From the IMG/VR virus record IMGVR_UViG_3300042975_000096: a DNA stretch of 64,000 bases; one strand, 5' to 3'. Each line of letters starts with the position of its first letter. Position 1 is the stretch's first letter. The notes under the pieces were generated by a model, which worked only from the letters and a program-made list of their open reading frames with translations, had not been told where the DNA came from and did not search any database. The position numbers and the translations under genes were made by a program. The stretch is from a virus. Lineage: Duplodnaviria > Caudoviricetes. Below are positions 40,515 to 50,999 of the stretch, in pieces.

Positions 40515-41745
40515 TTACTTATCTTCTTCTGTTTCGTATAACTGTTGACCTTTATCCTTAAGTACCCATGCAATAATTAAATTAAATACAAATATTGCAG
40601 AAAATAGATACATAATTAATTGATAAGAACCAAACACTGATTTTGTAAACGTAAGCAAAAGTGGACCAGCAATTCCTGCAAATCCCCAAGCTGTTAAAAT
40701 TCTACCATGAATTGTTGACAAATGTCGCGTTCCAAAAATATCACTAAGATATGCTGGCATACATGAAAATCCACCACCATAGCATGTAATAATCATCAAA
40801 ACAAACAATTCAAACAAAAACTCGTTCGTTGTCGTTGCCAACAAGAAGAACATTACAATTTCAAGTACAAAGAATGTAACATATGTATATCCACGACCAA
40901 TATAATCAGAAATTGTAGCCCAAACAATACGACCGAAGACCATTAAGCAATCCGACAATACCAACTAAAGCCGCTGCTCTTGTTGGCGAAAAACCAACAA
41001 CCTCTTGTGCCATAGGTGAAACAACAGATAACAATGCAATACCACAAGAAATATTTATGAAAAAAATAATCCACAACGCTTTAAACTGCCATGTACTATA
41101 AACTTCTTTTGGTGGAATATCCTCTCCAATAAAATCTTCTGCTTCATTGTATCCTTTTGGTGGAGCTAAATATAATGATGACAATGCCATAATAATCATG
41201 TAGGCAAATCCCAAAATCAAGAAATTGCTAACCAATCCATATGTAGAAGATAAAAACTGCATTAAAGGAGCAGCAATCAATGCAGCAAATCCAAATGACA
41301 TGATTGAAATTCCTGTTGCAAAACCTCTATTTTCAGGAAAATATTTAACCAGTGTAGATACAGGAGTTATATAGCCCAATCCCAATCCACAACCGCCAAT
41401 AACACCATAGAACAAATACAACAAAAATAAACTATGTAGAGATAATGCCAATGAAGTTCCAAACAATCCCAACCCAAAAAAGGCAGAAGCCAATAAACCA
41501 ACTTTTTTTGCACCCCACTTATCAACTAGATTCCCAAAAAATCCTGCTGATAATCCAAGGAATAAAATTGCCAATGAAAATGCAAATGTTGTTTGTGATA
41601 AAGACCATCCATTCTCAGCAATAATTGGATTTACCAAAACGCTCCATGCATATACGCTACCAATCGAAATATGGATTCCACCAGCTGCTAATGCAATCAA
41701 CCATCGATTCCTTTGTAGTTTTGAAAATACTTTTTTCATAACCAT
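40515..41745 (-). CDS. OFA-family MFS transporter (oxalate/formate or lactate type); 1-nt insertion at ~40938
   Basis: NRWLIALAAGGIHISIGSVYAWSV, GLGYITPVSTLVKYFP..RGFATG, NG/FGRIVWATISDYIGR, YGGGFSCMPAYLSDIFG. Confidence 0.88.
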
Positions 41746-41842
41746 TATTTATATCACTTTCCTTTCAATTGATGTTTTTATTATATTTATTTAAAAATAA
41801 AAATGCTATATATTCGTCTTAAATATATAGCATTTCTAATAA

Positions 41843-42214
41843 TTATTCTTCTTCCCATCTATAGGCATGTCCACGCATATCAACGTGTACAACATTATCT
41901 CCATATTTCAATCCAATTCCTTCCGCGCCTTTTTCTTCGCATAAATCTGCAAATTCATCAACCGTCATATATTCAGGAACAGCAATGTCTACTGCTATAC
42001 CTTGTATATGATAACTGTTTTTGTATCCACCAACAGATTCATTATAGTCCTTACATCTAGCGCAAGATATAATTTCTAATGGTTCTTCGACTTCTGATTG
42101 TACATTATCCAAAAAATCTAATAATTCCTCTGCAATTCCATCTTCTGGTTGCCATCCACAATGCGGACATGACAATGATTCTTCATCAAAACTATTTGAA
42201 CTATTCATATTCAA
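41843..42214 (-). CDS. Peptidase M15A (YcbK-like) zinc peptidase
   Basis: CPHCG..ISCARC..N..VGGYKNSYH..GIAVDI..VHVDMRG. Confidence 0.85.
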   Translation of the reverse strand: MNMNSSNSFDEESLSCPHCGWQPEDGIAEELLDFLDNVQSEVEEPLEIISCARCKDYNESVGGYKNSYHIQGIAVDIAVPEYMTVDEFADLCEEKGAEGIGLKYGDNVVHVDMRGHAYRWEEE

Positions 42215-42402
42215 TTGTAGGGAAAATAGTTAATTTCTTTTTCTAAATAATAAATATGTCATTTTCACCTACTTTTCACCTCACTTTAAAATTTTATTTT
42301 ATTATCCATACTTTAAATAGTATTTATCAGACCTTTTATCTTTGTATTATTAATACAAAAAATGACGAATGCATATACTACACATTCGTCATTTTTTCAC
42401 AA

Positions 42403-42681
42403 TTAAGCATTCAGTTTATCTTTCAAGCTACTAGATACAACTACCTTCAATGCTTTAGACGGAGGAATGTCTACCATTTCTCTCGTTTGTGGATTGCGAC
42501 CTTTACGCGCCGCTCTATCAATACGCTTAAACGTACCAAAATTCTTTTGATTATATGTATCGCCATCAACCAATGCATCCACCAATACATCGAAGAATGT
42601 GTCTACACAATCCTCAATTTGGGTTAACGTAATTCCATCCATTCTATCTGAAATTGCTTTTGCCATATCATGTTTCTTCAT
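42403..42681 (-). CDS. hup: HU family DNA-binding protein (divergent)
   Basis: [16 protein letters not shown]. Confidence 0.9.
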   Translation of the reverse strand: MKKHDMAKAISDRMDGITLTQIEDCVDTFFDVLVDALVDGDTYNQKNFGTFKRIDRAARKGRNPQTREMVDIPPSKALKVVVSSSLKDKLNA

Positions 42682-42783
42682 GTAAAATCACCTATTATCT
42701 ATTTTTTTAATAATGTCCTTCTTTAACTAAGAAATTCTCATTTCTATGAAATTAATACATCTTGTTTACATAAAATATTTGTC

Positions 42784-43137
42784 GTTTTTATTCACGCACC
42801 CATACGGGTGCGACCATTTGAACGCTTCTGCTAGTTTTGCATCTTTTTCATTTCGATTCACGCACCTCTGCGAGGTGCGACTTCAAGTTCAGAAAAACTA
42901 TATTTACTTGTATATTTCAATTCACGCACCTCTGCGAGGTGCGACTTGTAGGTGGTACAACCGCATCGTGCATTTCAATTCACGCACCTCTGCGAGGTGC
43001 GACATACTTTTTTAAGTTTCTTTATTTCATTCTTTATTATTTCAATTCACGCACCTCTGCGAGGTGCGACACATCAGAGCTGAAAACTGTTGATGATAAG
43101 CAGTTATTTCAATTCACGCACCTCTGCGAGGTGCGAC
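42784..43137 (-). CRISPR. Type I-C-like CRISPR array 3 (6 repeats, 5 spacers)
   Basis: Repeats at 42784 (degenerate), 42850, 42914, 42972, 43039, 43106; spacers 35, 32, 26, 35, 35 nt. Confidence 0.96.
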
Positions 43138-43338
43138 AGCACACATGCCAAAGCCTTGCTATGCAAGGGCTGAAATGGCACTTTGTGCGAACCCCTAACC
43201 ATTTTACAAAATTCATTGACATTTCCCCATGAAAATAAGCATGAACCCTGTAAAACAAAGGGGTGCGAAGCACCTAGTGTTTTTCTGTTCACTTATGCTT
43301 CGCACTTATTATAACATTTAATTTATTATTTTGTCAAG
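43138..43338 (-). promoter_or_regulatory. CRISPR leader copy 3 with sigmaA promoter
   Basis: Same leader; TTGACA (43337-43332)-N18-TATAAT (43313-43308). Confidence 0.9.
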
Positions 43339-43378
43339 TGTTTTTTACTTAAAATCTCATAACATAAAAATCTTATAG

Positions 43379-44170
43379 TTACTGCTTCTTTTCAGTTGCT
43401 TCCCAATACTGATTAATCTGTGCAATTGCTCCCTGAACAATATCATTCATTTCTTCCTTATTCAAGGAATCCTTTACCTGTGCATCGTCATTAATCTTCT
43501 TGATTTTCTGTTTCTGCAAAGTGTTTTCCATAATTTTCTTCGCCAATACAATATTTTTCGTTGTATGAAGAAGCTTTACATTCGTTGCCACATTCTGAAT
43601 CAAAACAATATAATCATTTTTTTCCTGATACATTGTAACAACAATATCATCCTGCGACTTTTCTTCCAATTTATCCATTAGCAGAACGTCTTCCAACTGA
43701 TAATCATGTTCTTCTTTTTCTTCAAGCCTAGCAATATGCTGTACTTTAATCAAATCTGCAATTTCCTGACAAACTCTTAATGGTCTCGTGTTGAACGAAT
43801 CCATATACTCATTAAACAAACTTTCATCTGCCAAAGGATATTTTGCTTTCAATTCACGTACTTTTTGCAAAGTAGCATAAATAACCTTATCATTCTGTTC
43901 TTTTGTTTGTTCATTATGTCGTTTATCAATTTTTGCCTGTTCGATTTCTTTTGTTAAACGTCTACGTTCTTTTTCTTTTTCCAAATACCCGTCTTTTTCC
44001 AAATCATGTTTAACAAAAATATTGTTATAAATATAATCCGCAAAACTATACAAGCACAATCCAAAAACATGTAATGCCACAAATGCAACCTTAAAAAACA
44101 AATATCCAAAAGCAATGATAATCAATGCAATTCCAATTGTCATTAATCCAAGTCCAAACATGTTAATCAA
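43379..44170 (-). CDS. Membrane-anchored coiled-coil hypothetical protein
   Basis: N-terminal hydrophobic helices; own sigmaA-like promoter at 44191-44219. Confidence 0.65.
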   Translation of the reverse strand: MINMFGLGLMTIGIALIIIAFGYLFFKVAFVALHVFGLCLYSFADYIYNNIFVKHDLEKDGYLEKEKERRRLTKEIEQAKIDKRHNEQTKEQNDKVIYATLQKVRELKAKYPLADESLFNEYMDSFNTRPLRVCQEIADLIKVQHIARLEEKEEHDYQLEDVLLMDKLEEKSQDDIVVTMYQEKNDYIVLIQNVATNVKLLHTTKNIVLAKKIMENTLQKQKIKKINDDAQVKDSLNKEEMNDIVQGAIAQINQYWEATEKKQ

Positions 44171-44226
44171 TCCCCTTTCTTTATGATTATATTATATCAT
44201 AGGGTATTGATTTTGTCAACAAGTTT

Positions 44227-44655
44227 TTAAAAAAATAATAATGAAATTACAAAAGCACTAATCATGGTTATACATATCATCATATCTATAATTCGTTTAT
44301 CCTGTATACAGGCAAATAAAATACTAAGTGAACCGTATATAGACAACAAAACACTAAACCATTTATTATAATCAAGCTCTTTGCCCATCATTAATATTGT
44401 CACAAATGTACAAATACATAAAAACATTGATAAAAAATAAAAGCTAGTGCTTTTTTTAAAAATAACCATAGCCAAAAAGCACATAAAAGCCTCTAACAAT
44501 ATCATGTATACATTTTCTCGAAAAAAATAACCTGTAGTGGAAAAATATAAATATATTACCATGTTTGACAATTTTAAATTATGATTAATTACAAAATTAG
44601 ATAATCGTTCCAATTTATACCCCCATGTAAAAATAAGCATGTGCTTGTTTGGCAC
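44227..44655 (-). CDS. Hypothetical integral membrane protein
   Basis: 142 aa, several hydrophobic segments. Confidence 0.55.
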   Translation of the reverse strand: MPNKHMLIFTWGYKLERLSNFVINHNLKLSNMVIYLYFSTTGYFFRENVYMILLEAFMCFLAMVIFKKSTSFYFLSMFLCICTFVTILMMGKELDYNKWFSVLLSIYGSLSILFACIQDKRIIDMMICITMISAFVISLLFF

Positions 44656-44674
44656 ATGCTTACCATCTATAAGA

Positions 44675-44950
44675 TTACTTATTTACTGCTTCTTTAAGTG
44701 CCTTACCAGCCTTAAATGCCGGTGCTTTAGAAGCAGCAATCTCAATTTCTGCTCCAGTCTGAGGATTACGACCCTTACGAGCAGCACGTTCACGAACCTC
44801 GAACGTACCAAATCCTACAATCTGAAGCTTATCACCTGCCGAAAGAGTTTCGGTAATTGCCGTGAAAACCGCATTTACTGCCTTTTCTGCATCCTTCTTC
44901 GTAAGTTCTGCACCGTTTGCTACATTTGTAATAAGTTCCTGTTTTGTCAT
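44675..44950 (-). CDS. hup: HU DNA-binding protein (host-like)
   Basis: [34 protein letters not shown]. Confidence 0.97.
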   Translation of the reverse strand: MTKQELITNVANGAELTKKDAEKAVNAVFTAITETLSAGDKLQIVGFGTFEVRERAARKGRNPQTGAEIEIAASKAPAFKAGKALKEAVNK

Positions 44951-45024
44951 AATGTTTTTTCTCTCCTTCGCTAACTTTTTGTTAGCATGTTTTATTTGAT
45001 TTACAATGATATTATACTAAAAAT

Positions 45025-45663
45025 TTAATTGTTTGTCAACCCATTTTTTCTTACTTTTAAACTATTTTGCGTTAATTCTATTAAATATTTTGCTTCATCA
45101 GCATTTTTTTCTAACAACTCATAGTCTAATTTCTTATATATAGATTGAATATAATCAAATTCAGTATCAAATTTATCATGAAAATTATTTTGAACGAACC
45201 TTAAATAATTTCTACACGCAATAGAACAAATAAAGTTTATTTCTAATAATGATATTGTATGAACATTCTCATGGTTTAATTCTGTCAATGCGACCTTCAA
45301 CTCATTTAATTTATCGTCACCATTGAATTCTAATTTGAATTTGTGTTGCAATGAACTGCAAGCATCTTCTAGTGTAGGCAAATCATAGAACAGTTCTTCA
45401 AACTTAACAATATCTCCACCTTTATGACATCCAAAACAAAACCATGAAGTATAATCTTGAACTTTTCCGTCAGTGTTTCTATATCCTTTTGGATATATTC
45501 GTAATGAAGGTGTTTTTTCGTCATGAAACGGACAACGACAAGAATACAATCCTCCTATTTTTTTTATATCAACCAAAGAAGATATATATTTTACTTCATC
45601 TATTGAACGCCTTATAAATTTTATTTTTAATTTTAATTCTTCGTCTATCATAATGATTCCCAT
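45025..45663 (-). CDS. CHC2 zinc-finger protein (primase Zn-binding domain only)
   Basis: CPFHDEKTPSL..WFCFGCHKGGD; no TOPRIM motifs. Confidence 0.8.
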   Translation of the reverse strand: MGIIMIDEELKLKIKFIRRSIDEVKYISSLVDIKKIGGLYSCRCPFHDEKTPSLRIYPKGYRNTDGKVQDYTSWFCFGCHKGGDIVKFEELFYDLPTLEDACSSLQHKFKLEFNGDDKLNELKVALTELNHENVHTISLLEINFICSIACRNYLRFVQNNFHDKFDTEFDYIQSIYKKLDYELLEKNADEAKYLIELTQNSLKVRKNGLTNN

Positions 45664-47012
45664 CCATCATCGTCAACTTCAACAACTTTTAACTTATTAT
45701 ATTGTTTTTCTATACTGAATTTAAATGAAGCACCGTCACGAGTTTTCATAGATTCAATAATACCATTTGTATCGTCAATGGAACGAATTGTCATTGCATT
45801 ATCACAATGGTCTGCAATTTGGTCTGACCCTGCAATTGCAGTAGTATCGGTACGACCATTTTTCTGGTCACCATCTTTTTTACCTTCACGGTTCATCTGT
45901 ACTGCGGATATCACAATTTTATTATTATCACGAGCAAAATGTTTCAAATCAAGCGATATTTGTCCTAAATCATCTCTAGCAACACCTGTTGGATTATTTG
46001 CAGACATAATACCTGCATAATCAACAACAATGAAATCATAAATAACATTTGTTTTTCTTTCAATTTCTTTTGTTTTTGATTCAATAAATGACGGAGTAAC
46101 CGCACTAGGACAATCGACAATATATACTTTACCCACTTTATTGCCAAAAACATCTTCGTTCTTTTTCAGTGCTTCAATATATTCTTCATATACTTTTTCT
46201 TCGCTATCAGATAACGTACCGCTTTTCAATCCTCTCGACTCAACCATAGCTGCACGTGCATCCCATCTACGTTCATATTGTTTTTTATCAATTTCCAAAG
46301 AAAAGAACAGTACATTTATTCCTTGTTTCCAAACATGATATGCTAAATTCAACATTAATGTTGATTTACCATCACCTTTTCTACCTGCAATAAAATTCGT
46401 TGTTCCATAACCCCAACCAATAATTGCTTCATCAATATGTTTGTATCCTGTTTTTATTAATTTTACTTCTTCAGGATGTTCTTTATAGTATTTATATTCG
46501 TCTAAACGTTCTTGCGCATCCTCATCAACAGCACCTTCGCGTTCTACATCAAAATCTGTTGATTGTATTTTAACAAATGTTTTTTGAATTTTCTCTAACA
46601 TTTCCTCAAATGAATCTTCAGAACATGAATTTGGATTTGCGCTTATTATTTCTTCTGCCATTTTTAACGCTTGTCTGCGTTTGTAATAACCAATAAGCTC
46701 ATCCTCAATTGCATGAAAATCAGCTTCATCAATCAATATCATAGTTCTGGCTTCCGAAATAATTGTTTTTAAACGAATCATTTCATCTGGCTCTAAATTA
46801 TGTTTAACAAATTGCCGTTCCATCGTATCATCTGAAATAATACCTTTATATTTCTCATAATACGATGTAACCATAATATAAATGTTTCTAATATTAACAA
46901 AATATGAGCGTTTCATTTTTGACATTGCTTGACCAATATATAATTTATCGCTTAACAAATAAGCTAAAAACTTTTTTTCTAATTCTAACACTTGTGAATT
47001 ATTGCTTGCCAT
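45648..47012 (-). CDS. dnaB: DnaB-like replicative helicase
   Basis: GRKGDGKST, FFSLE, VVDY, SAVQMNR, AGSDQIADHCD, KTRDG. Confidence 0.9.
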   Translation of the reverse strand: MASNNSQVLELEKKFLAYLLSDKLYIGQAMSKMKRSYFVNIRNIYIMVTSYYEKYKGIISDDTMERQFVKHNLEPDEMIRLKTIISEARTMILIDEADFHAIEDELIGYYKRRQALKMAEEIISANPNSCSEDSFEEMLEKIQKTFVKIQSTDFDVEREGAVDEDAQERLDEYKYYKEHPEEVKLIKTGYKHIDEAIIGWGYGTTNFIAGRKGDGKSTLMLNLAYHVWKQGINVLFFSLEIDKKQYERRWDARAAMVESRGLKSGTLSDSEEKVYEEYIEALKKNEDVFGNKVGKVYIVDCPSAVTPSFIESKTKEIERKTNVIYDFIVVDYAGIMSANNPTGVARDDLGQISLDLKHFARDNNKIVISAVQMNREGKKDGDQKNGRTDTTAIAGSDQIADHCDNAMTIRSIDDTNGIIESMKTRDGASFKFSIEKQYNKLKVVEVDDDGWESL

Positions 47013-47030
47013 TAACGCTACCCCTTATCA

Positions 47031-47802
47031 TTAAAATTCTTCAAAAGAATCTTGTTTTTCAATTCTATGATTATCTCCTGCAATATAGACAATTTCATCA
47101 TTTTGAATGATAAAATCTTTTACATCAATATTATATTCTGTTTCAATTTCATTAATATTATAATTTGAAGAAATAATTGTTGGTAAGCAATCATTATCTC
47201 TTTTCCTTAAAATCATTTCCAACAATCGTTGTGAAAACTGTTTTTCGTTTTTCCCAGGTTTCATTACCAACATTATCAATGATAAGTAAATCCGATTTAT
47301 ATAAAAACTGTTTTAATTGAGCTTTTTCTTCTTCACTTTTTGAAAACTGTTTTTTTACAATATCATCATACATTGAGAATCCAACAATAAATCTTTTTTT
47401 ATCCTCAAACGTATCAGGGTTAATCATTGCCGAAACACGTTTTGCAATTACGCATTCTGTTGTTGTTTTGCCACGTCCATGCGGGCCAGTTAAAAACAAT
47501 CCTTTACCTGCATCATAATTATCAATAAAATTATCAATATATTTATTGATAATTTTAAAAAATGATTTATCTTTTAAAATATCCAAATCCCATTTATCAT
47601 CCAAAAACTTTCTAGGTATTCCCCAATCCAACAATCGAATATTACGCTTCGCTTTTTTTAAACATTCACATGGAACAAACGTATCGTATATACCATCTAC
47701 TTTTGCAATAAGTCCTGTGCCACCGCAAATTTTACATGGTTTAACGATACGTCTCTTATTTTTCTTCAATTCCAATTCTTTATTTTCATCCGACAGAAAC
47801 AT
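47031..47802 (-). CDS. DnaC/IstB-like helicase loader ATPase; 1-nt insertion at ~47256
   Basis: CxxC..CxC N-terminus, GPHGRGKT, LLIIDNVGNE, continuing in ORF 47031-47279 (ILRKR..PTIISSN). Confidence 0.8.
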
Positions 47803-47871
47803 TGAAAATACACTCCCCTTTTTAAGACTTCAAATTTAATGATTTTGAAATCTCTTTATGAGGATAGTATA

Positions 47872-49128
47872 TTACAATGATAATTGATTTGTTAACCACT
47901 CATCAAAACATTTCTTAGAACGATTAATCTTCTCAATTACTGAATCATTGTCAGAATATTTATTTATTATTTCTGCAAATCTAGAGTGTCTATTATCTTG
48001 ATTTTCTTTGCCAACACGATACATTTCACTATCTAAATTAAGCCCTATTTTGAACGCCCATTCAAAATAAGTATATCTATTATCAAAGTCACCTAATAAA
48101 TATGCTTCTTTAATTAATTTTAAACATGGTTCATAAATGCGTTTACTTATATCTCTTAACCGCATTTTACCGTGTTTAACTTGTTCCACAACCTCATTTA
48201 TTTCTCTTTCATCTGTATATGCCCTGCACGGATTAAGATTGTTTTTATAATCTCTGTATTTAGCAACATTTCCATCAAACCACAATAGCACTTTTATCTT
48301 TTCTTTTATCATTCCATCAATTACATTTTTCATTTCTTCAAACGTTAAATTATTTGCTCTTTGTGATGATTCTAATGCTTTTACTTCCTTAATAAAATAT
48401 TTTTTATTCATTTTCATTTTCAAAGATTTATAATAATATTTAATCAAAAAAGGAATTGTTCCTTTTTGATTTATTTTCCTTGCGTTTTCATAGAAAATAC
48501 TAGCATCATTTAATACATAATTGATTGAGCGTAAATTAGAATATCCCATATTTGCCATATATTTTAAAACATTTCTAACCTGTTCAACAGTAAAATTATT
48601 CTTTGTAAATAATGACTTAATCAATTTTATTTCAATGGTATAGTTAAAACATTGACTATGAATCGTTTGATAAAATTCGTTTACTAATGCTTTCGGTCTA
48701 TCTTTTTCAGGCAAATCTTTAAACAATCTCGATTCTTGATTTTTTTGAAGTTTACGCATTTCCTCTAACTGTGCCAATTTTTCTGCTTCCTGCTTCAATT
48801 TTTCTAATTTACGCTTTGCTTTTTCTTCTTGTTTTTTATTAAACAAGACTTCTTTCTTTTTTCTTTCATCTTCATTGATTTTATTCATAATCAATGTTTT
48901 TTTATCTAGTTCTTCACCTTCAAAATATTGTTTATATTTCATGTAAACAGATACAATATCTTTACATTTTAAATGCGCTTCATTATATACAGAGGACAAC
49001 AACTGATGCTGTTCATCCTCCATTTTTACAATATGATTCTTCATAGCAATTGAACTCTTAAATTCCTTATTGCAACAAGGGCATTTAGAATCATTAATCT
49101 GAAACTCATCCATAAACCATACCTCCAT
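47872..49128 (-). CDS. Hypothetical protein with N-terminal C2H2-like finger; possible replication initiator
   Basis: CPCCNKEF..MKNH; lies upstream of loader and helicase genes. Confidence 0.45.
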   Translation of the reverse strand: MEVWFMDEFQINDSKCPCCNKEFKSSIAMKNHIVKMEDEQHQLLSSVYNEAHLKCKDIVSVYMKYKQYFEGEELDKKTLIMNKINEDERKKKEVLFNKKQEEKAKRKLEKLKQEAEKLAQLEEMRKLQKNQESRLFKDLPEKDRPKALVNEFYQTIHSQCFNYTIEIKLIKSLFTKNNFTVEQVRNVLKYMANMGYSNLRSINYVLNDASIFYENARKINQKGTIPFLIKYYYKSLKMKMNKKYFIKEVKALESSQRANNLTFEEMKNVIDGMIKEKIKVLLWFDGNVAKYRDYKNNLNPCRAYTDEREINEVVEQVKHGKMRLRDISKRIYEPCLKLIKEAYLLGDFDNRYTYFEWAFKIGLNLDSEMYRVGKENQDNRHSRFAEIINKYSDNDSVIEKINRSKKCFDEWLTNQLSL

Positions 49129-49134
49129 TAATTC

Positions 49135-50580
49135 TTATTCTTCTGGGCTAACTGAAAATTTGTGAATATCCCATAAAGGTTCTTCTTTATAAAGTTTTTG
49201 TCTTGTTCTAGAATGTCTTCTTAACATTGGAGTATAATCAACAAAATCAAATACATATGCGTTTTTCTTTCCATCATATAATCTCAAAACACGACCAATA
49301 CGTTGAAATGCACGTGTAGAAGATTTACCGCCACCTGCCAAAATAAGCGTATCTAATATTGGTAAATCCAATCCCTCATCTGCTATTGTTGAAGCAATAA
49401 GAATATCACATTTCTTTTGTTTTACTGCTTCCATAACTGCTTTACGGCGTAAGCCATTATCTGAACCAGATAGAAATTCTATATTCTTTACTCTTATTGT
49501 TACGTCTTTTCCTGTTTTTGGATTTTTTATAACAATACCTTGTGTCTTTTCGCCCAAACGCTTAATTAATGCTTTTTGCATCTTTTCACCATGCTTAATA
49601 TTCTTTATTAAAATAAGTATTTTTCTATCACGTTTGTGCATTTGTTTAACAATTTTATATATCATTTTATTTCTATCTTCATTGTCAACAATCGCCTTAT
49701 TATATACTTCATTATAGTTTTTTCCTTTGAACACTTGTTTTACAGGAACAAAATAAATATCTGGCTTAATCAAGTATCCTAACTCTATTAAAGTAGAAGC
49801 ATTAATATTTGTGCTTTTATCTCGTTTGCTTAATACAGATTCAATCAACATATCGTCTCCAGCGTCTCTCCACGGAGTTGCAGATACACCTATTCTGTAA
49901 TATGCAGACGTGCACTTACGGGCAACCGTCTCTGCTGTGTGGGATGGAATATGGTGACATTCGTCCCACAAACACAAATGTGCATTTTTTATATACGATT
50001 CTTCTGCTGATTGTAAAGAAATAACTGTAATGTCTTTATAATCATTAAATCCACCACCAACTAAACCGACTTCAATCCCTAAGAATTTTTCCATTTCTTC
50101 TTTCAACTGAACGCATAAAGTTATTTTATCAGCAAAAATACAAACGGGTTTAACATTAAATTTGGCGATTAACGATGCCATCATAAAAGTTTTACCTGCA
50201 CCTGTTGCTGCTTGTATAATTGCTCTTGAAGGACAATTATCAACAATATCTTTTTGATACGGTCTTGGTTCAAGTTTTATTGTCTTTGCATCATCAATAT
50301 ACTCAACTAATGAAAAATTACCATTTTGTTCTGGCTTCACGCGATTATCATTTATTTGATATTTTAAACCATTTTCCTTACAAAAGTCAAGAACATATGG
50401 TAATAATCCAGTATAAGTCTTTTTCGTTTTTCTATTATACAAATGTCTTGGATATGGGTCATGACCAAATACTTGTATGTAAAATGTTAATATATCCCAT
50501 AATTTTATTTCATAATCTTTTTCCATGTTCATAATTTTTGTATAAACGTTATCTATTTCTAATTGAATCATTATTATCAA
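49135..50580 (-). CDS. SF2 DExH helicase (UvsW/XPB-like)
   Basis: PRPYQ, ATGAGKT, DECHH, SATP, EGLDLP, QRIGRVLR. Confidence 0.9.
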   Translation of the reverse strand: MIIMIQLEIDNVYTKIMNMEKDYEIKLWDILTFYIQVFGHDPYPRHLYNRKTKKTYTGLLPYVLDFCKENGLKYQINDNRVKPEQNGNFSLVEYIDDAKTIKLEPRPYQKDIVDNCPSRAIIQAATGAGKTFMMASLIAKFNVKPVCIFADKITLCVQLKEEMEKFLGIEVGLVGGGFNDYKDITVISLQSAEESYIKNAHLCLWDECHHIPSHTAETVARKCTSAYYRIGVSATPWRDAGDDMLIESVLSKRDKSTNINASTLIELGYLIKPDIYFVPVKQVFKGKNYNEVYNKAIVDNEDRNKMIYKIVKQMHKRDRKILILIKNIKHGEKMQKALIKRLGEKTQGIVIKNPKTGKDVTIRVKNIEFLSGSDNGLRRKAVMEAVKQKKCDILIASTIADEGLDLPILDTLILAGGGKSSTRAFQRIGRVLRLYDGKKNAYVFDFVDYTPMLRRHSRTRQKLYKEEPLWDIHKFSVSPEE

Positions 50581-50585
50581 TCACC

Positions 50586-50918
50586 TCAATTTTTTGTGCT
50601 TTCCACCAAACCTAAATAATGAATTATTTTTTCCAACTCTTCTTTATTTAAGCAATTCCTTTCCCATGAATATTTCACAATATTCTGCAATACTTGTAAT
50701 AATTCTACTGCATTATATTCTCTATGATTAGTTTCATCATTTTTTCTAGCTTTTGGTATGATTCCTTTTATTTCCCACATTCTAATTGTAGCAGATTTTT
50801 TATTTAATAATTTTGCTAAATCACTAATTGACAATGAATCTCCATCTAATATTTTTGCATAAATTTTTTGTTTTGTTTTTACTTTCTTTTCTTCTTCAGT
50901 TAATATTCTTCTAGGCAT
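50586..50918 (-). CDS. MerR-type HTH protein
   Basis: SISDLAKLLNKKSATIRMWEIKGIIP..HREY. Confidence 0.8.
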   Translation of the reverse strand: MPRRILTEEEKKVKTKQKIYAKILDGDSLSISDLAKLLNKKSATIRMWEIKGIIPKARKNDETNHREYNAVELLQVLQNIVKYSWERNCLNKEELEKIIHYLGLVESTKN

Positions 50919-50999
50919 TAATTAACCACCTCCAAAATAATAATAATTTTGTACCGTTCAATAATAATAAAGCCTGTATATATTGTACAGGCTTTATTG

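Noticed and set aside
1267-43105. Self-targeting of spacers within this window
   Set aside because: No convincing protospacer was found by eye; the 16-nt spacer shares only ttgtgc with the leader and lacks a TTC PAM there. A computed search is still needed.
8860-47256. Multiple frameshifted genes (near 8860, 15110, 36457, 36712, 39590, 40938, 47256) read as pseudogenes or programmed recoding
   Set aside because: Most are repaired by one base and leave conserved motifs intact on both sides, including in likely essential genes. Similar single insertions pepper the array-2 repeats and leader. Sequencing error is the simplest explanation, pending read-level checks.
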